A stretch of 64,000 bases of DNA from the NCBI RefSeq assembly GCF_009914755.1, contig NC_060935.1; one strand, 5' to 3'. Below are positions 1 through 14,975 of the stretch, piece by piece. The translations under genes and the position numbers were made by a program. The notes beneath the pieces were generated by a model that worked only from the letters and a program-made list of their open reading frames with translations, searched no databases and had not been told where the DNA came from. Numbering within the stretch: the stretch's first letter is position 1; each line of letters starts with the position of its first letter. Origin of the DNA: the human T2T-CHM13v2.0 reference genome, Homo sapiens.

Positions 1-1176
1 TCCTTGCAAAGCAAAAGCTCAGGGGCGTCATTTACTACCAAGATGCCCTTTGGGGTTCAGCTCATTGGAATCAGAGATATCCCAGCAAGCATGGGAAGAA
101 GAGCACATCACTACAATACAGGAGGCTCAGGTGGCAGCCACGCCACCTAGAAGACATCTCACCTCACTGGCTGGAATAGGCCAGGATTGAGTCCACAACT
201 TGAAGCCTTCTCTGGATCACAGATGGAAGAAGGCAAAGGGTACCCTTCAGCAGAGGGTCCTCAAAGAAGGCTGGATTTACAGCAGCTGCTTGTTTTCTCT
301 TGTTTTTCTTTTATTCATTTAGTCAACAACAATTTTAGGAACACCGGTAGGTACCTCTAAGAATATTTCACTTCTGTATCTTTCTGTACCATCCTTTTCC
401 CCTCCTTGTTCATTTGCTACTTTCTCCCTAGCTGGTTAGTTAATTTACGGCTCTTTTGTGCAGTATCGTTTCCTCTCTCAGTTTCTTTCTTCTCCACTTG
501 ATGAATTTCCCTATGTACTCTATGTTGTAGCTTCCCAACTTGTTTTATAAAATACCTCAAGTCAAGAGCCCTAAAACTTACTCCTGGGCATGGAAGGAAA
601 CAACTGCAACAAAAAAGAGAAAGAAACAGGGCATTATCCTTAGAAGCAAGCTCCCTGTGAGCTGAAAAATTCTGTACTCAGACCTCTGGACAGAAGGCTG
701 CCTCTGAAGTGACAAGACCAGCCACTGAAGTCCCAAACTCACCAGCTGGGAAAATAGTCTTCCAGAGAAGGTCTTTCCCAGGAACCAGCCATTAACATGC
801 AGGGATGCCGTAGACAGTGAAGTGTTGGGGGCAGATATTAACTGTACTGAACAACCAACCAAAAGAGCAGATTGAACCACACTAATATGTGAAAGCTTGG
901 ACCAAACTGGACCTATGTCAGTGTGCCTTGTTTTATTTTTAAAAAAACTCAATCAAAAGTGTTTGTTAATGGGTTTTTGGTCTTTCGGTTGTTGTTTGTT
1001 TGTTTTTGCCTCTTCCAAGGAAGGTCCCCATTAATCAGATTGAACTAGGAAGTAACCATGTGTCTTCTAAAACTCAATTGAATTGCCCTAAGTTCAACAG
1101 TGATCCCTTAATTGCCAAATCCAAGAGCTTCTTTAGTTCTTTTGAGTCCTCATCTGCTTGCCTCTATGAAGCACTT

Positions 1177-1230
1177 TCCTTCCTTCCTTCCTTCCTTCCT
1201 TCCTTCCTTCCTTCTTTCCTTCCTTCCTTC
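1177..1230. repeat. (TTCC)n microsatellite
   Basis: Direct inspection. Confidence 0.95.
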
Positions 1231-1493
1231 CATTTCTTTTTATTTTTATTTCTTTTTATTTTTGTAAGGCATTTCTTTCTGCATTCCCACTTTCTTGAAA
1301 CTTTCTCTACCATTGGTTTCTGAAAAAAATACTTTTCTGGCCCCCTATCTCTTTGGTTTCCTTTTCTTCTTGGTGCTCTTCCTGGCTTCTTTTTAATATC
1401 CTTAGTCCCTTAAGTATTACTGTCCTTGTGCGTCCTCTTTTACCTGATTTTCTTCTCACACAAGCTCTTCCATGTTCTCATCTACCCACTTGA

Positions 1494-1790
1494 TTTTTTT
1501 TTTTTGGAGACAGGGTCTCACTCTGTCACCCAGGCTGGAATGCAGTAGCACAATGATGGCTTACTACAGCCTCAACCTCCCTGGGGTCATGTGATCCTCC
1601 CACCTCAGCCTCCCAAGTAGCTAGGACCACAGGTGCGTGCCACCACACCCAGCTAATTTTTTGCATTTTTTGTGGGGATGAGGTTTTGCCATGTTGCCCA
1701 TGCTTGTCTCAAATTCCTGAGCTCAAGCGATCTGCCCACCTCAGCCTCCCAAAGTGCTGAGATTACGGGTGTGAGCCATTACTTCCCGCC
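1494..1790 (-). mobile_element. AluJ (Jb-like)
   Basis: Poly-T then GAGACAGGGTCTCACTCTGTCACCCAGGCTGG; J-type CCTGAGCTCAAGCGATC; flanked by ACCCACTTGA (1484-1493) and ACCCCCTTGA (1791-1800) as a TSD. Confidence 0.93.
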
Positions 1791-3596
1791 ACCCCCTTGA
1801 TTTTTATTACCACCTGTGAAGATAATTCCTTATATAATACCACCAAATCCAGCCTTTTCCCCAAACTCAAGACCTACATTTCTGGCTGCCCCCAAAACAA
1901 CCTCACAGACATTTCAAATGTAAGTTGTTCAAAACATAACTCATTGCCCTCCTTCCCTAAATTTTCTCCTGTTGCAGTCTCCTCTAACCCAGTTAAAGGC
2001 TTCTATTCCAGCTGGCCATTAAAGCCTGAAAACTTAGAATCATTCTGGAGCTTTTTCATTTACTGTCTCCTTCACCTACTATAGTAAATTAGGCATAACC
2101 CCTAAACTCTAAACGTGTTCACACTTACACTGTCTTCTTCAATCCAATGTCATTGCCTTCATCCAAATCCAAGCCAGCACTCTCCTCCATTAATTATAGC
2201 AATAGTTTCCTAACTGCTTTTCTTTCTTCAAATCAAGTCTCCACCCAGACCATTCTTAAACAGGACAGGCCTATCTTTCTAAAATGCAGACCTGATTATG
2301 TCACTATTAAGAACCTTCAATAGTTCCCCTCCTACTCAGAAGAAAGTTCAACTCCTTTATCATTGAATCATCGCACTGCTATATCCCATTTCTGGCCTTT
2401 TCACTCCCCTTGTGCATTTATACTGTAGCAGTTTCCTGGATACAATACCTTCTATTGCCTATCTATGTCTCTGTTCATAATCATCCCTCTTTCTGGCATT
2501 TCTTTATCCACCAAACATAATTTTCATGTCTCCTCCACACACTCACTGCAGTCCTTATCTTATCTACCTAACACATGGAAATTGTGATATTTTTGAATGA
2601 ATGAAAACTTAAAAAAATTCATACTTTTCCTTTACATTTGGCTCTATCATCATTATCTCTAGAAAGACCTCCCTCTCTTACCCAAACAGAATTAACATCC
2701 CTCTTCCTTGAATCCATAGTAACTTCTAAGTTTCTTCTTGCAGATTGCTTTAAACTTGTCTTAATTTAGCTTATTTAATTTCTTTTTCTACCATAGACTG
2801 TTAGCTCCTTGAGGACAGAAACAATAATTTTGTTTCTGTGCAACCCAGGGGCAGGTGAAGAATAGGTCCTGAACAAATGCTTGTTGAAATAAAATGAGAT
2901 TAACCAAATCAGTGTATCAAAATATTCTACAAATATTTCCCAGACTATTTTGTTCAACTTACATGCACAGTTTTGGAATGAAGGTATATGTGAGGGAGGG
3001 AGAGCATCTGACTTCACTCGGGGAGGGCTGAGTTGACTGTTCCCTCTGAGGGAGCAAACAACAAAAGGGCTCTCACTTTGTCATTCTTAATAACGTGTAG
3101 GCAGCAATCAGGGTTTGACAGCAGTAGTCAGAGCATGTCCTCTTATGTTCTGTGTGCAAACTGGGGAAAATAAGCAAACACAACAGTAGAAACCAATGCA
3201 GTTCCCCTGTTTCCTATTTAACAGCACCAGCAAGCAGCCCATTGATGCTAATTGCGGGGGGGTGGGGGGAGAGTAGGGGGCCTTCCTGGTACCCAGGGAA
3301 AGGTGAAATAATGCTACACAAAAACCTGGAACTACACTCTTACATGTCAATATTTATACTTTTTTAAGGACAGGCAGCAGAGTTATGAAGATAACAGAAG
3401 CAGTTTTGTGCCAACCAAAGAAGATGTCACCCAGGGTAAACCAAGAAAAGTAGCTTCTATCAGGACAATCCTGTGCTTTGCTGCTGCTCAAAAGTACTGG
3501 CTTGCAAATGGTTATTTCATTCACAATAAGGGGACTGAATTCTTACAGGGCAATCTGGTGATGGGAGACCCAACTCCTACCCAAGAAAGCTAGGTA

Positions 3597-3636
3597 AAGA
3601 AGAAGAATGAAGAAGAGGAGGAGGAGGAGGAGGAGA
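3597..3636. repeat. (GAA/GAG)n purine-rich repeat
   Basis: Direct inspection. Confidence 0.85.
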
Positions 3637-4929
3637 AAACCAAGTGCTGGCTTTCTTGTTTGTCTGCTTTTTGACCTTGGCTAAAGCTACCAAGAAGGTA
3701 CGTACTAGCTTTACTCAGGAAAATTCTACTTGCAACCACATACAGTAACTTTACTTCCATCTCACACCAAGGAATATCAATACCAAATAGATGAGTCTGG
3801 TCCTGGTACCAGTAGCATCTAGGGAGTGAGTGATAATGTGGAGGGGATGGAGGAGGAGATCAGTGCTGAGAATTTTTAGGGAATTTGGTGGTCTCATTTA
3901 AGAACATGGTAGCTGTAAAGGGTTAAATTCAGAATGTGGCACAGGGGACGTTCTCATGTGTTTTCTAGAGTTGCTTTGGAGTCATGCACTAGAGATATTT
4001 TCATCTAGCAGTGACAGTCTAGAAACAGTTCTTTTCTTCTTTTCATTTGTTACAAGCACTTCCTTTGGACCACATTCATGGAGTGGGTAATGTAGTGGTT
4101 ATGCACTGGGGCAATTATTAGCTTGTTTTCCTCTATAAAGCTTGGTCATAATGTTCTTACTGTTTTCCTTAGAGTACACCCATACAACAAGCAGATGGGC
4201 CATTGAGGACTGAGAGCTCACAAGATTGATTGGAGCTGAAAAAAGTGGGGATTCGTGTAGGGAGGGCCGGGGTGAGTTAAACAGTATTATAGCAAAGGCT
4301 GCTGCTGCAACTTGGTATATCAAAGTTTCTACCAGTAGGCCAGCTCTCTTAATGAAATAAACCCCCATCAGCCCAGATGTCCACAAACCAGAGATCTCAA
4401 ATAACCATTTTAACATAGAGTTTATTTAAAAAGCTATAAAACAGCAAGTTAGAAAGCTAATATCAGGGATTATTCAGAAAAGCACACTTCAGTATATAAT
4501 CATCTACTATTATTCATCTTTACTTTCTTGTAGAATCTCAGAACATCTAAATATTTATAATCAAAGACAGTGTAAATATTATATGCAGCTTGTTAGTGTT
4601 TTATTGTATTTGAATTATTTGAAAACTTGTTGTCTATATAGCCAAATGGTACCTGCAAGCTAGTCCAAATAAATCAGAATACATCAAATAGAGAAACATT
4701 GTGTTATCTATGTGTTCTCTGCCCCACTGCTACTGCCCCCACCTCCCACTCCTGCTCCTGGCCTGTCCCCTTGCATCTTTCTAAGAAGTGGTCCTTCCTT
4801 CATACAAAGATTGCCATAGAAACTGCTTAGGTAGGGCAGTAGTATCCACACCATGGAGACAGTTGCTTGATTGGACTGTGGCAGGCACCCAGGCCCAAAC
4901 TCATCCTGCCAGAGCCCTTCTTGGGTTGT

Positions 4930-5206
4930 TTTTTTAAACAGCTTTGATGAAATATAATTGATATACAAAAAGCTGCACATATTTAGTGTATACGATTTGA
5001 TGGGTTTAAACATATGCATACACCCATGATATCTCACCACGATCATCATGGTAATAAACATATCTATCACCTCCAAAAATTTCATCGTACCTCTTTGTTG
5101 CTTTGTGTTTGGATTTGGTTTTGATTTTGTTGTGTGTGTATATGGTAAGACCACAATATGAGATCTAGCCTCAACAATTTTTTTAAGTAAACAATACTGT
5201 ATTGTT
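4930..5206 (-). mobile_element. Old L1M (L1MA/MB-like) 3' end
   Basis: ACAGCTTTGATGAAATATAATTGATATACAAAAAGCTGCACATATTTAGTGTATAC is a typical antisense L1M 3' terminus. Confidence 0.7.
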
Positions 5207-5222
5207 AGCTCTACACATTCTT

Positions 5223-5585
5223 TTTTTTTAAAAATTATACTTTAAGTTTTAGGGTACATGTGCACAACATGCAGGTTTGTTACATATGTATACATGTGCC
5301 ATGTTGGTGTGCTGCACCCATTAACTCGTCATTTAACATTAGGTATATCTCCTAATGCTATCCCTCCCTCCTCCCCCCCACCCCACAACAGGCCCCAGTG
5401 TGTGATGTTCCCCTTCCTGTGTCCATGTGTTCTCATTGTTCAATTCCCACCTATGAGTAAGAATATGCGATGTTTGGTTTTTTGTCCTTGTGATAGTTTG
5501 CTGAGAATGATGGTTTCCAGCTTCATCCATGTCCCTACGAAGGACATGAACTCATCATTTTTTATGGCTGCATAGTATTCCATGG
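5223..5585 (-). mobile_element. 5'-truncated L1PA (about PA3-PA5) 3' end, ~360 bp
   Basis: TTATACTTTAAGTTTTAGGGTACATGTGCACAAC... antisense L1PA 3' UTR; perfect 16-bp TSD AGCTCTACACATTCTT at 5207-5222 and 5586-5601; endonuclease-like TTT/AAGA site on the minus strand. Confidence 0.95.
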
Positions 5586-5609
5586 AGCTCTACACATTCT
5601 TAAATGAAG

Positions 5610-6122
<513 letters not shown>

Positions 6123-6779
6123 TTTTTTTGGGGTTTCTCTGACTGAAAACTGAGGAAGAGAAGATGATCTTTCTTCTGGTGCAAAGTCAAGAAAATAAGT
6201 TTAGTGATGTAGGCATCACTTCCAAAGGGGGCAGAGTTTGAAAATACAAAAGATTGTATCCCAAGATACAGAGAAAATATATCTTGACCTAAGAAAAGCC
6301 AGTTTTATTTCTGGTGCGAAGAATGAAACTCACAAAGTATTTCAATGACTTGTGACCCTAAGCATGTCCCAGCACCCAGCACTGTATTAAATGTTTACCA
6401 ACACGATATCAGAATGCATGGCAGTCTCACTGGACATGGAAGTCTGCCAACCACTCTGTTCCAAAGAATCTGTCAACCAGGGCAGATCTATCAATATCAG
6501 TGATCAATGTGATGATTATGGTCAGTAAAGCAGACTAGCATTGTTTAATGGGCATTTGTCCTTATGACCCTTGGTTTGGCTGACATCCACCCCATGCAAG
6601 TGGGAAGGCTGGACAACCTACAACTTTCAAAGGAGGCTGAGTAAAATCTTAGGGGCCTGACATCTGAGTCCTTTTCATAGCAGTGGGAATGCACATTCCC
6701 GACTTGGCCCAGGGGACACCAGAGACACGAGTCTTGACAAAGCGTACTAGAGAAATACTGGGTTTTCCAGTTGGTATTT

Positions 6780-7330
6780 TTGGTAGATTGACTGAAAAAA
6801 TGGCCTCACTTATTCTTTTCCCAGAGTTTGTGACCTTGGCAATGTGAGTTTGTAGCTCTTCCTGTGAAGAAGTGGAATCTATTTCCCCACCCTTGAATCT
6901 GGGCCGACTGACTTACTTTTGCCCATTGATTATGACACAGTGATGGTATATCAGTTCTGAGCCTAGGGCTCAAGAGGCACTTTGTGCCTTTACTTACAAT
7001 CTTGGAACCTCAACACCATGTGAACAAAGCCAGGCTAGCCTGCTGGAGGATGAGGGACCATGTGGAGGAAAGCCCACTCATCCCAGTCAAAGCCATCCCA
7101 GATCAACCAATAGCCAACAACCACCACCCCCCTAAAAATGTGAGAGAGACCAGCCAAGACCCCCAGAGCTGTCCACCTGACCCACAGATGACTCCTGGTG
7201 AATAAGTGAGCCCAGCTGAGACCAGAAGATCCATCCAGCTGATCCATGCTCAGAAGCCATAATACTTACTAGTTCAAGCAATTCATCTTTGGGGTGGGTG
7301 GCTGTTATGCAGCAACAGCTAACTGAGACA
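6780..7330 (+). mobile_element. MLT1 (MaLR) solo LTR, MLT1G/H-like
   Basis: CCCTTGAATCTGGG; CCATGTGAACAAAGCCAGGCTAGCCTGCTGGAGGATGAG; 3' end GTTATGCAGCAACAGCTAACTGAGACA. Confidence 0.75.
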
Positions 7331-9309
7331 CTATTTTTTTAAATGTTGAAGTCAGATAAGTGGCTCTGTGAAGGAATTTGCTGAACCTTCCTTAAATTAT
7401 AGTATATCACACCTTAAAAGGGAAGCAGTGTCAGCTTCTACACCACATCGATCCAGTTAGACACCACAACTGCCCTCATGGGAATGAAGTAAAGCCATGT
7501 CTCACTGGCTGCAGGCCACTTCCCATTTTGCCTTCCATTGTGCCTCTTACTCTGTTCTCTTTTTCCTAAGTCTTGCTCACTTCATACCTTGATTCCTTCT
7601 TTCCATCTAGACCTTTAAGTATAGAGACCTAAATAATATTCTACCTTCTCAATATAGAAAGACAAAGAAATATGTGCTATATTCTAGAAAAATTTTCATT
7701 GACATTGGCTAACATAGTAAAAGTTTTACTACTTAAAAGAGTGAGTTCCAATCATTGGGCCCGTGAGGCAACATTGAACCTCTCTGTAAAGCAACTAGCA
7801 CGTGGTATTCTTCCAATTCACAGTACATAACAGTGATCTGGAATGGAGCAACTGAGTACTGACTGACCTTCTATGTGCTTGGCGTTGTACCAGGTGCTGT
7901 GGGGAAGATACAAGAAGTAATGCAAACAGGCAAGTCAGTGTGAAGCCGGGAACCAAAGTGAGATCTCTGCCACATTCACTATTAGTTGGGCTCAAGGGAT
8001 CATGTGAACCCATTTCTATCCCAAACACAGTCTGTTAACTTCAAAATCCTTTTCAACAACATTATGGAACATTTAGATGCCCTCTCACTACAGTCTCTGA
8101 TTTCATAAGCCCACATCTTCATGAAATAGGGATGCTGTTTCTAGCTCCCTTAGGTTTCTGAGAAGGCAAAATTAAAATTCACTGATTTAAGAAATGGACT
8201 CTGTTTTATGCAAAAACACAAAGCCTGTCCCTGCACAGTCATGGTGTAGTGTCCCAAGGGAATATTCTATGTGTTTTTATTCAATTTTATGTGCATATCT
8301 CTGGTTGAATTTTCATGAGGTTTTATTTACTTTTTTTGCAAAGTCCAAATTCTCTCTGAGATACACCTTAATGAAGAGTAGCAAACCACTTATAAGGCTT
8401 ATAATATGCTCTAGTAATGGGAATTAGATGTCATTATCTTTTGTGAAGGCAGCAAATGGTTGTCTGAATTGAGTTGATTTTGGTGATACATATTATAATG
8501 GAACAAATTACTAATGAAGTGCTAAATTACTGGAAACATCCTTGTTACTTATGAAACACTTTGGTTAATTAGGATGGGAAAAATAAACGGTTGAAGCACA
8601 TTTTAATACCTCTTTTGAGGCCAGGTCAAAAGTGAACAGATGTGTAAACCCACAGCCCAGCCCAACATAGGCTTCCAACTACCTGTGAGAGATGCTCTAG
8701 GGAGGAGCTTCTGACCTTCCGAGTCCTGAGCAGACCTTGAATGTATCAGCAGATGCCCTTCTCTGTCTAAAATTAGAGGCATTGGCCAATCAGCCACTAC
8801 CTATGTTTGTTTTTAATGAGCATGGAAAATACAGCTGGGAATAAAGGAAAATGGAGCTTGCAGGGGGTGGGGGGGAATATGGAGATAGAATAATAAGGGG
8901 ATGTTTAATATTGTCTATTTTGAAATCTCTTACTTTTCAGAACACAACATAGCTGAGAAGCAAGGATGTTACTCAAGCCGTCCCTATTCACAACGTCCCT
9001 CTCCCATTTTTCTCCATTTCGTAGCCTTGTTCTGTGTAACTGGCTTCCAATCATATCACCTGTGCCCAAGTTCTTCTCTACTGGGTATACTTCTGGCTTA
9101 TGAGTTTACAAACCAAACTCACCCTGCCCCACCCCACAGGACAGTTGAATTTCAGGCCCCAGCCATTATGCAGTAAATGAGGTACAGGAACAAAGTCAGA
9201 AGATCCCAGCTGCGGCCCAGAAACTGCCACTGGCTAGCCGTGCTGTTAGAGAAATCCACTTCACCTCTCTGAACCTCCATGGTCTACTAGGTATTGGTAA
9301 TTTGAAAGA

Positions 9310-10700
9310 TTAAAAACAGCAAGCTCCTTGCCCACAAGGAGCATTGTAGCTGAGGAAAGAGTCTTGAAAATAAATAATTATTAAGTTATGGGACACATAT
9401 TAATAAAGCCTTAGTCAAAATGTTGTGAAAATATTGAGAACAGAGGAATTAACTGTGGCTGGGAGAGACCAAAGAAGAATGTATAGAGGAGAAGATGTTT
9501 GAGCAATACTCAAGGGTGAGTGGCTGCTAACCAGGAAGTCAAGAACTTTCAAGGCAGATAAAATAAATCATGCCAAGGTGTAGGATGAGCAGGACTGCAT
9601 GACAGATGCCAGAAACTAAGCATGACCTTGAACAACTACACAAGTTACAAGTGGCCAGCAGTTAGGTTCAAAAGTAGACAACATCTAAGAAAGGATGGGC
9701 CTCTTCTGTCAGGCTAAGGAGGTTGCATTTAACCTATAGACAGCAAAGACTCATCAAGGGTTTTTGAACAGTAGGATTGTCAGACAAGACCAGTGCTTAC
9801 AGGAGCACTCCGACCTACGTATGGCACATGGGTTGGAGAGGTAGGCTGTGGAAGCAGGGAGGTCAATGAGAAGAGTACTATGATAGGGCAGTTAAGAGAC
9901 AGAAAGCAGTGGTGGTGCAGGAGGCAGAGCTCAGAGATTCATAGAATGAAGAACTGGGAGAACTTGGTGCTTAATTAGATGCAGGGTGTGTGGGAGAAGC
10001 AGATGTCAGATTACCCACAAAGGTTCTGGTTTGGATTCATTGATAGAGATGCAAGATCTCTGCGGAAAAGACTGAATGGGAGAAGATGAAAAGTGATTTC
10101 TATTTGGGACCATTTGTGTTTAAAGTGCCTAAGAGGAAGCCAGGTGAAGATACCTGTGGGCTGTAAGATATCCCACTGTGGAGCTGGGGATTTTGAGTTA
10201 ATGGCACATTTGAGGGGCATCTATGGAGGTGATGGTTGATGTCATGAGTTGATGAGACCAGTCAAACAGAATGCAGAGTGAAAAAAGAACAAGATCAAGG
10301 ACAGGCTTATATGGAAGGGGCAGTATTTAAAGACTTGGCGAAAGAGGAACCAGCAAGACACTGAGTAAGGGCTGTCAAGGAAGTGGGAGTTCCAGAAGAA
10401 GGGGGTCTCTGAAGCCTGAAGGAGAGTTTCCTAAGGAAGCAATGAGCAGCATCCAAGTGGCAAAAAATTCAAGCACTAACTGGGAAAGCGTTCATTGGTT
10501 TTGACAACTGGTGAGTTATTGATGACTTTGCAATAAGCGGTTTCTAGGAATGATACCTAAAAGATGGATTGCAGAAAGGCAAGGCAGGGTTACAGGCAGG
10601 CTGTGTGGTATTCGAGTCAGTGAGTATCGGCTACCTTTCAATGTATTTGCACTGAAGGGAAGAAGATAATTAAAGAGGTGGCTGGAGAACAACACAAAGT
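9310..10700 (-). mobile_element. Degraded L2 LINE fragments
   Basis: Purine-rich antisense L2 motifs such as GATGTTTGAGC, GAGCCAGGTGAAGATA and TTGATGACTTTG; boundaries approximate. Confidence 0.55.
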
Positions 10701-12229
10701 ATAGCAGATTTTTTTTTATTTAAAGTGGAAGAGATTTTAAGCATATTTACAGTGAGAAGACTGGACACAGTGATGGCCAAGATTCCTTCCAACTCTCTTG
10801 TACTTTGCTTCTAAGAACAGAGGGGAACCATCTCCTGTTACTGGAGGAATTCCAATACAAGAAGAAATATGAGCTGGAAAATGCCAAGTTACTCGACATG
10901 GTTACTAGTGTTTCTGCCTGCCTGACCCTCTCTCCTTCCCCACACCAGGCCATTCTCATGAGCTCTGAGCACAATCAGTACTTTAGGGAGGCTCACCAGG
11001 GCCCAAAGGCATTTCAGCCTGTCAAAATTTACACCATAGATTCCTATCACATCCACCTTCTCATCCAGTATTGGCAGACAAAAGCTTCTCTGACCTCAAA
11101 GAGTCACCCAGAGAACTGCCTGGTATTCATCCAAGGTCCTGAAAGCAAGTGAAACCATGACCAGAGTCAAATGGAAAGCAAGAAGCAAGGGAGTATGGGT
11201 GGGAGAAGGAAAAAGAGAAGAAAGCTCTTGCAAAATTCATTTCCCTCTCTCTTAGGAGTTTCCAGCAGATCTTACATTAGTTATCTCTGCAGCTTTTCCC
11301 CTCCTGTTTGGTTTAACATTCCCAAGAGAATACCCAGTTGAACATGAACAACAGAAGACTTAAGCACTCAATCTATTTTAATCCTTTAGCAACATAGCTC
11401 TGAAATAATTTTTAGAAGGCGTTTAGACTTTCAGGAGGAAGAATCTTAACTTCAGTGAATTACTATTTATTGAGGCTTTGATAAATGTTTGTTTTTTTTT
11501 GCTGGCAGGCTGCTTTCTGTAGCTCATTAAAGTGAAGATTATCTCTGGAGGAAGAAAAGCACAAGTCTGGTTTTCAGCCTGGGTAACGGAGTGCTAGAAA
11601 TACAAGTAAAAACTTCCACATGATCAGTTTTAATCTCACCTGCTGAGGTGGTTTTTTGCTACTTAATGATATATTTTGGAAATGGATGTGACATCAAAGG
11701 TCATCCATAAATAGAGCTCAGAGTGAAGGGAATGAAAATCACAAATTAGATTCATTTGTTGTGCTAGATAGGGAAGTTTCCAATCTTCATTCAATTTGTG
11801 ACATAGAGAATCAAGCAATGGTTCTGGAGCCTGCCTTCTGAAGAGGAGGCTTGGGGGAGGCTCAGTCATTTTCGTGTTTGCTTGTTTTCTCTGTCCAGTC
11901 ATGTGAAAAAAGTTGGCTGGGAGGTTTTTTCTTTATTATTGTTGTCTATGACACAATCGCTACATTATACTGGAGCCTTTTGAAAAGCCGGTGTACAGCT
12001 CAACTGCCCCATTACCATTGTGCTTGAATGGAACACGATGTAGCCTTAGGGAAGCCCAGGATTCTCTACAGTGGCATGGGAGAGGGGCTGCTGTCTTCAG
12101 AATTTTCAGAGAATATGCCAAAACCTGTACAGGCAACACGGAATTCTCAAGGGCCTCTGTCCTGTTTTTTATGCAAAGGATGAATCTCAGCTCTTGAAAA
12201 TGCTGCTTTTGAAATCATGTAAATGATTA

Positions 12230-12906
<677 letters not shown>

Positions 12907-13307
12907 TACACCCTGGGAAATAGTGACCCAAGAAGTTTGTCTTCTGATACATTTCTAGAACTGAAATAACAAAGGTGAGGATGTTACACCCCAAATGGAG
13001 TTCCTCTCTGCCCAAATCTTGATAATCTTGATGTCATGGACAGAGCACAGCCTTCCAAACCAAAAAGTTCTGGCTTAACTCTTGCCCATGACACTGGCCA
13101 GCTGTACTGCAGAGCTTTCCTGGCCCTGCTTACTCATCTATAAGATGGGGGAAAATAGGGCATAGCTCACAAGTGGTGAAAAGAATGATAGAAAACAATT
13201 CAAATGAATTTTCATTAACAAATCTTTCTTGAGTGCTTACCATGCATCAGGCACCAGGCACTGTTCTAGATACATAGGATAGAGCAACAGTGAGCAAAAC
13301 TGATTGT

Positions 13308-13637
13308 GGCCAGGTGCAGTGGTTCATGCCTGTAATTCCAGCACTTTGGGAGACTGAGGCAAGAGGATTGCTTTACCCCAGGGATTTGAGACCAGCTTGG
13401 GCAACATAGCAAGACTTCATTGCTACAAAAATCAAAAAACAAAAAATTAGCTGGGTTTGGTGGTGTGCGCCTGTAGTCCCAGCTACTCAGGAGGCTGAGG
13501 TAGGAGGATCACTTGAGCCTGGGAGATGTAGGTTGCAGTGAGCTGAGATTGTGCCACTGCACTACAGCCTAGGCAACAGAGCCAGACCCTATCTCAAGGC
13601 CAAAAAAAAAAAAAAAAAAAAAAAGAAAGAAAGAAAA
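13308..13637 (+). mobile_element. AluJ (Jo-like)
   Basis: GAGGATTGCTT..GGGCAACATAGCAAGAC; GGAGGATCACTTGAGCCTGGG; long A tail. Confidence 0.92.
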
Positions 13638-14260
13638 CTAATGCATGCAAACTGCTTAGCACAGTGCCTGATCACTGAAATGACCAACATACAGGTCTGA
13701 GCCCTCATGTCAGACTAATGCTTTGCTTCTAGAAAGTCTGGTCTAAATCCATGATCTATCTCTGAAATCATTAGACTCAGCCATCAAAACTTATTGAAAG
13801 CAATATAACTACAGGACTAAACCAAGATTGCGGTGCCTTATAGGAGTCTCTAAACTTTTCTGCTCCTTTGGGATGAATAGTAGGCAGAAACCATAGCCCA
13901 TCTTGCTGAAAGATGGGTTGCGTTATTGGGGTGTATGGGTTGCAGGCAATGCCACCCCTAGGCATGATGAATCAAGGTGTTTGGGACTCCACCAGTAAAA
14001 GGAGCTAAGCATTGCTGAGTAATAATAGTGGAGGTCATCATCTAAGAGGGAAAGAGGTGAACTACATCTGTTCATAGGTGTATAGAAATCAGGCTGTGAC
14101 TCATCTTCCTTAGTACCATTGAGCCAGTCACAAGAGGTAGGTCGTTCCAACACACACACAGCACACTTTGTATTTATGTTCCAAGCACTGTTCTAGATCC
14201 CAGGGATACGGCAATCACATAAACTCTCTTTCACACCCTTGATATATTTATGGGCTAGAA

Positions 14261-14487
14261 CAGGGTCTACAACCTTTTTCTGTAAAGGGCCAGGTAATAA
14301 ATACTTTAGGATTTATGAGCTACCCCATCGTTGTTGGACTTCCTCAACTCCATTCTTGTGTAGGGAAAAATGCCAGCCCTATATACTGTGTAAGTGATTG
14401 TGCATGGCTGTCATCCAATTAAACTTTCTTTACAAAAACAGGTGGCAGGCCAGATTTGGCCAGCAGGCTTTAGTTTACTGACCCTTG
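14261..14487 (+). mobile_element. MER58A-like hAT-Charlie MITE
   Basis: CAGGGTCT..TTTTTCTGTAAAGGGCCAGGTAATAAATA..TTTACAAAAACAGGTGGCAGGCCAGATTTGGCC..TAGTTTACTGACCCTTG. Confidence 0.82.
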
Positions 14488-14573
14488 ATCAAGAGAGGAA
14501 GACAAATATGTTACCAGATAAGGACAACAAAATGTGAAAAATGCTATGATAGGGATAAGCAGGGAATGGGTAC

Positions 14574-14975
14574 TGCTATGGTCTGAATGTTTTTGCTCCT
14601 CCTCCAAATTCATATGTTTAAACTTTATTACCATGGCAGCAGTATTAAGAAGTGGGGCCTTTGTGGGGTGATTAGGTTATGAGGGTTCTGTCCTCATGAA
14701 TGAGATTAGTGACCTTATAAAATAGGCCTGAGGAACCTGTTTGGCCCTTCCAACCTTCTACCACGTGAAGACAAAAAATTTGCCCCTTGCATCATATGAA
14801 TACTCAGCAAGAAGGTGCCATCTAGGAAGCAAAGAAGAGGGCTTCACCAAATACTGAATCTGCAGGCCTTTGATCTTAGACTTCCCAGCCTCCAGAACTG
14901 TGAGCAATAAATTTGTTGTTTATAAATTACCCAGTCTAAGGTATTTTGTTTTAACAGCACAAATGGACTAAGAAA
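14574..14975 (+). mobile_element. MST (MSTD-like) MaLR solo LTR
   Basis: TGCTATGGTCTGAATGT start; CCAGCCTCCAGAACTGTGAGCAATAAATTT; 5-bp TSD GGTAC at 14569-14573 and 14976-14980. Confidence 0.88.

Larger units (their letters stand above)
1080..2605 (+). mobile_element. L2 LINE 3' fragment, interrupted by (TTCC)n and an AluJ
   Basis: ATTGCCAAATCCAA..GTCCTCATCTGCTTGCCTCT resembles the L2 RT 'LILLDLSAAF' region; ends in an L2-type GAATGAATGAA tail at ~2600. Boundaries approximate. Confidence 0.65.

Noticed and set aside
10805-11152. ORF with a protein-like stretch EGNHLLLLEEFQYKKKYELENAKLLDM as a host exon
   Set aside because: I recognise no family, the splice signals are weak, and no partner exons are visible; a BLASTX hit would reopen it
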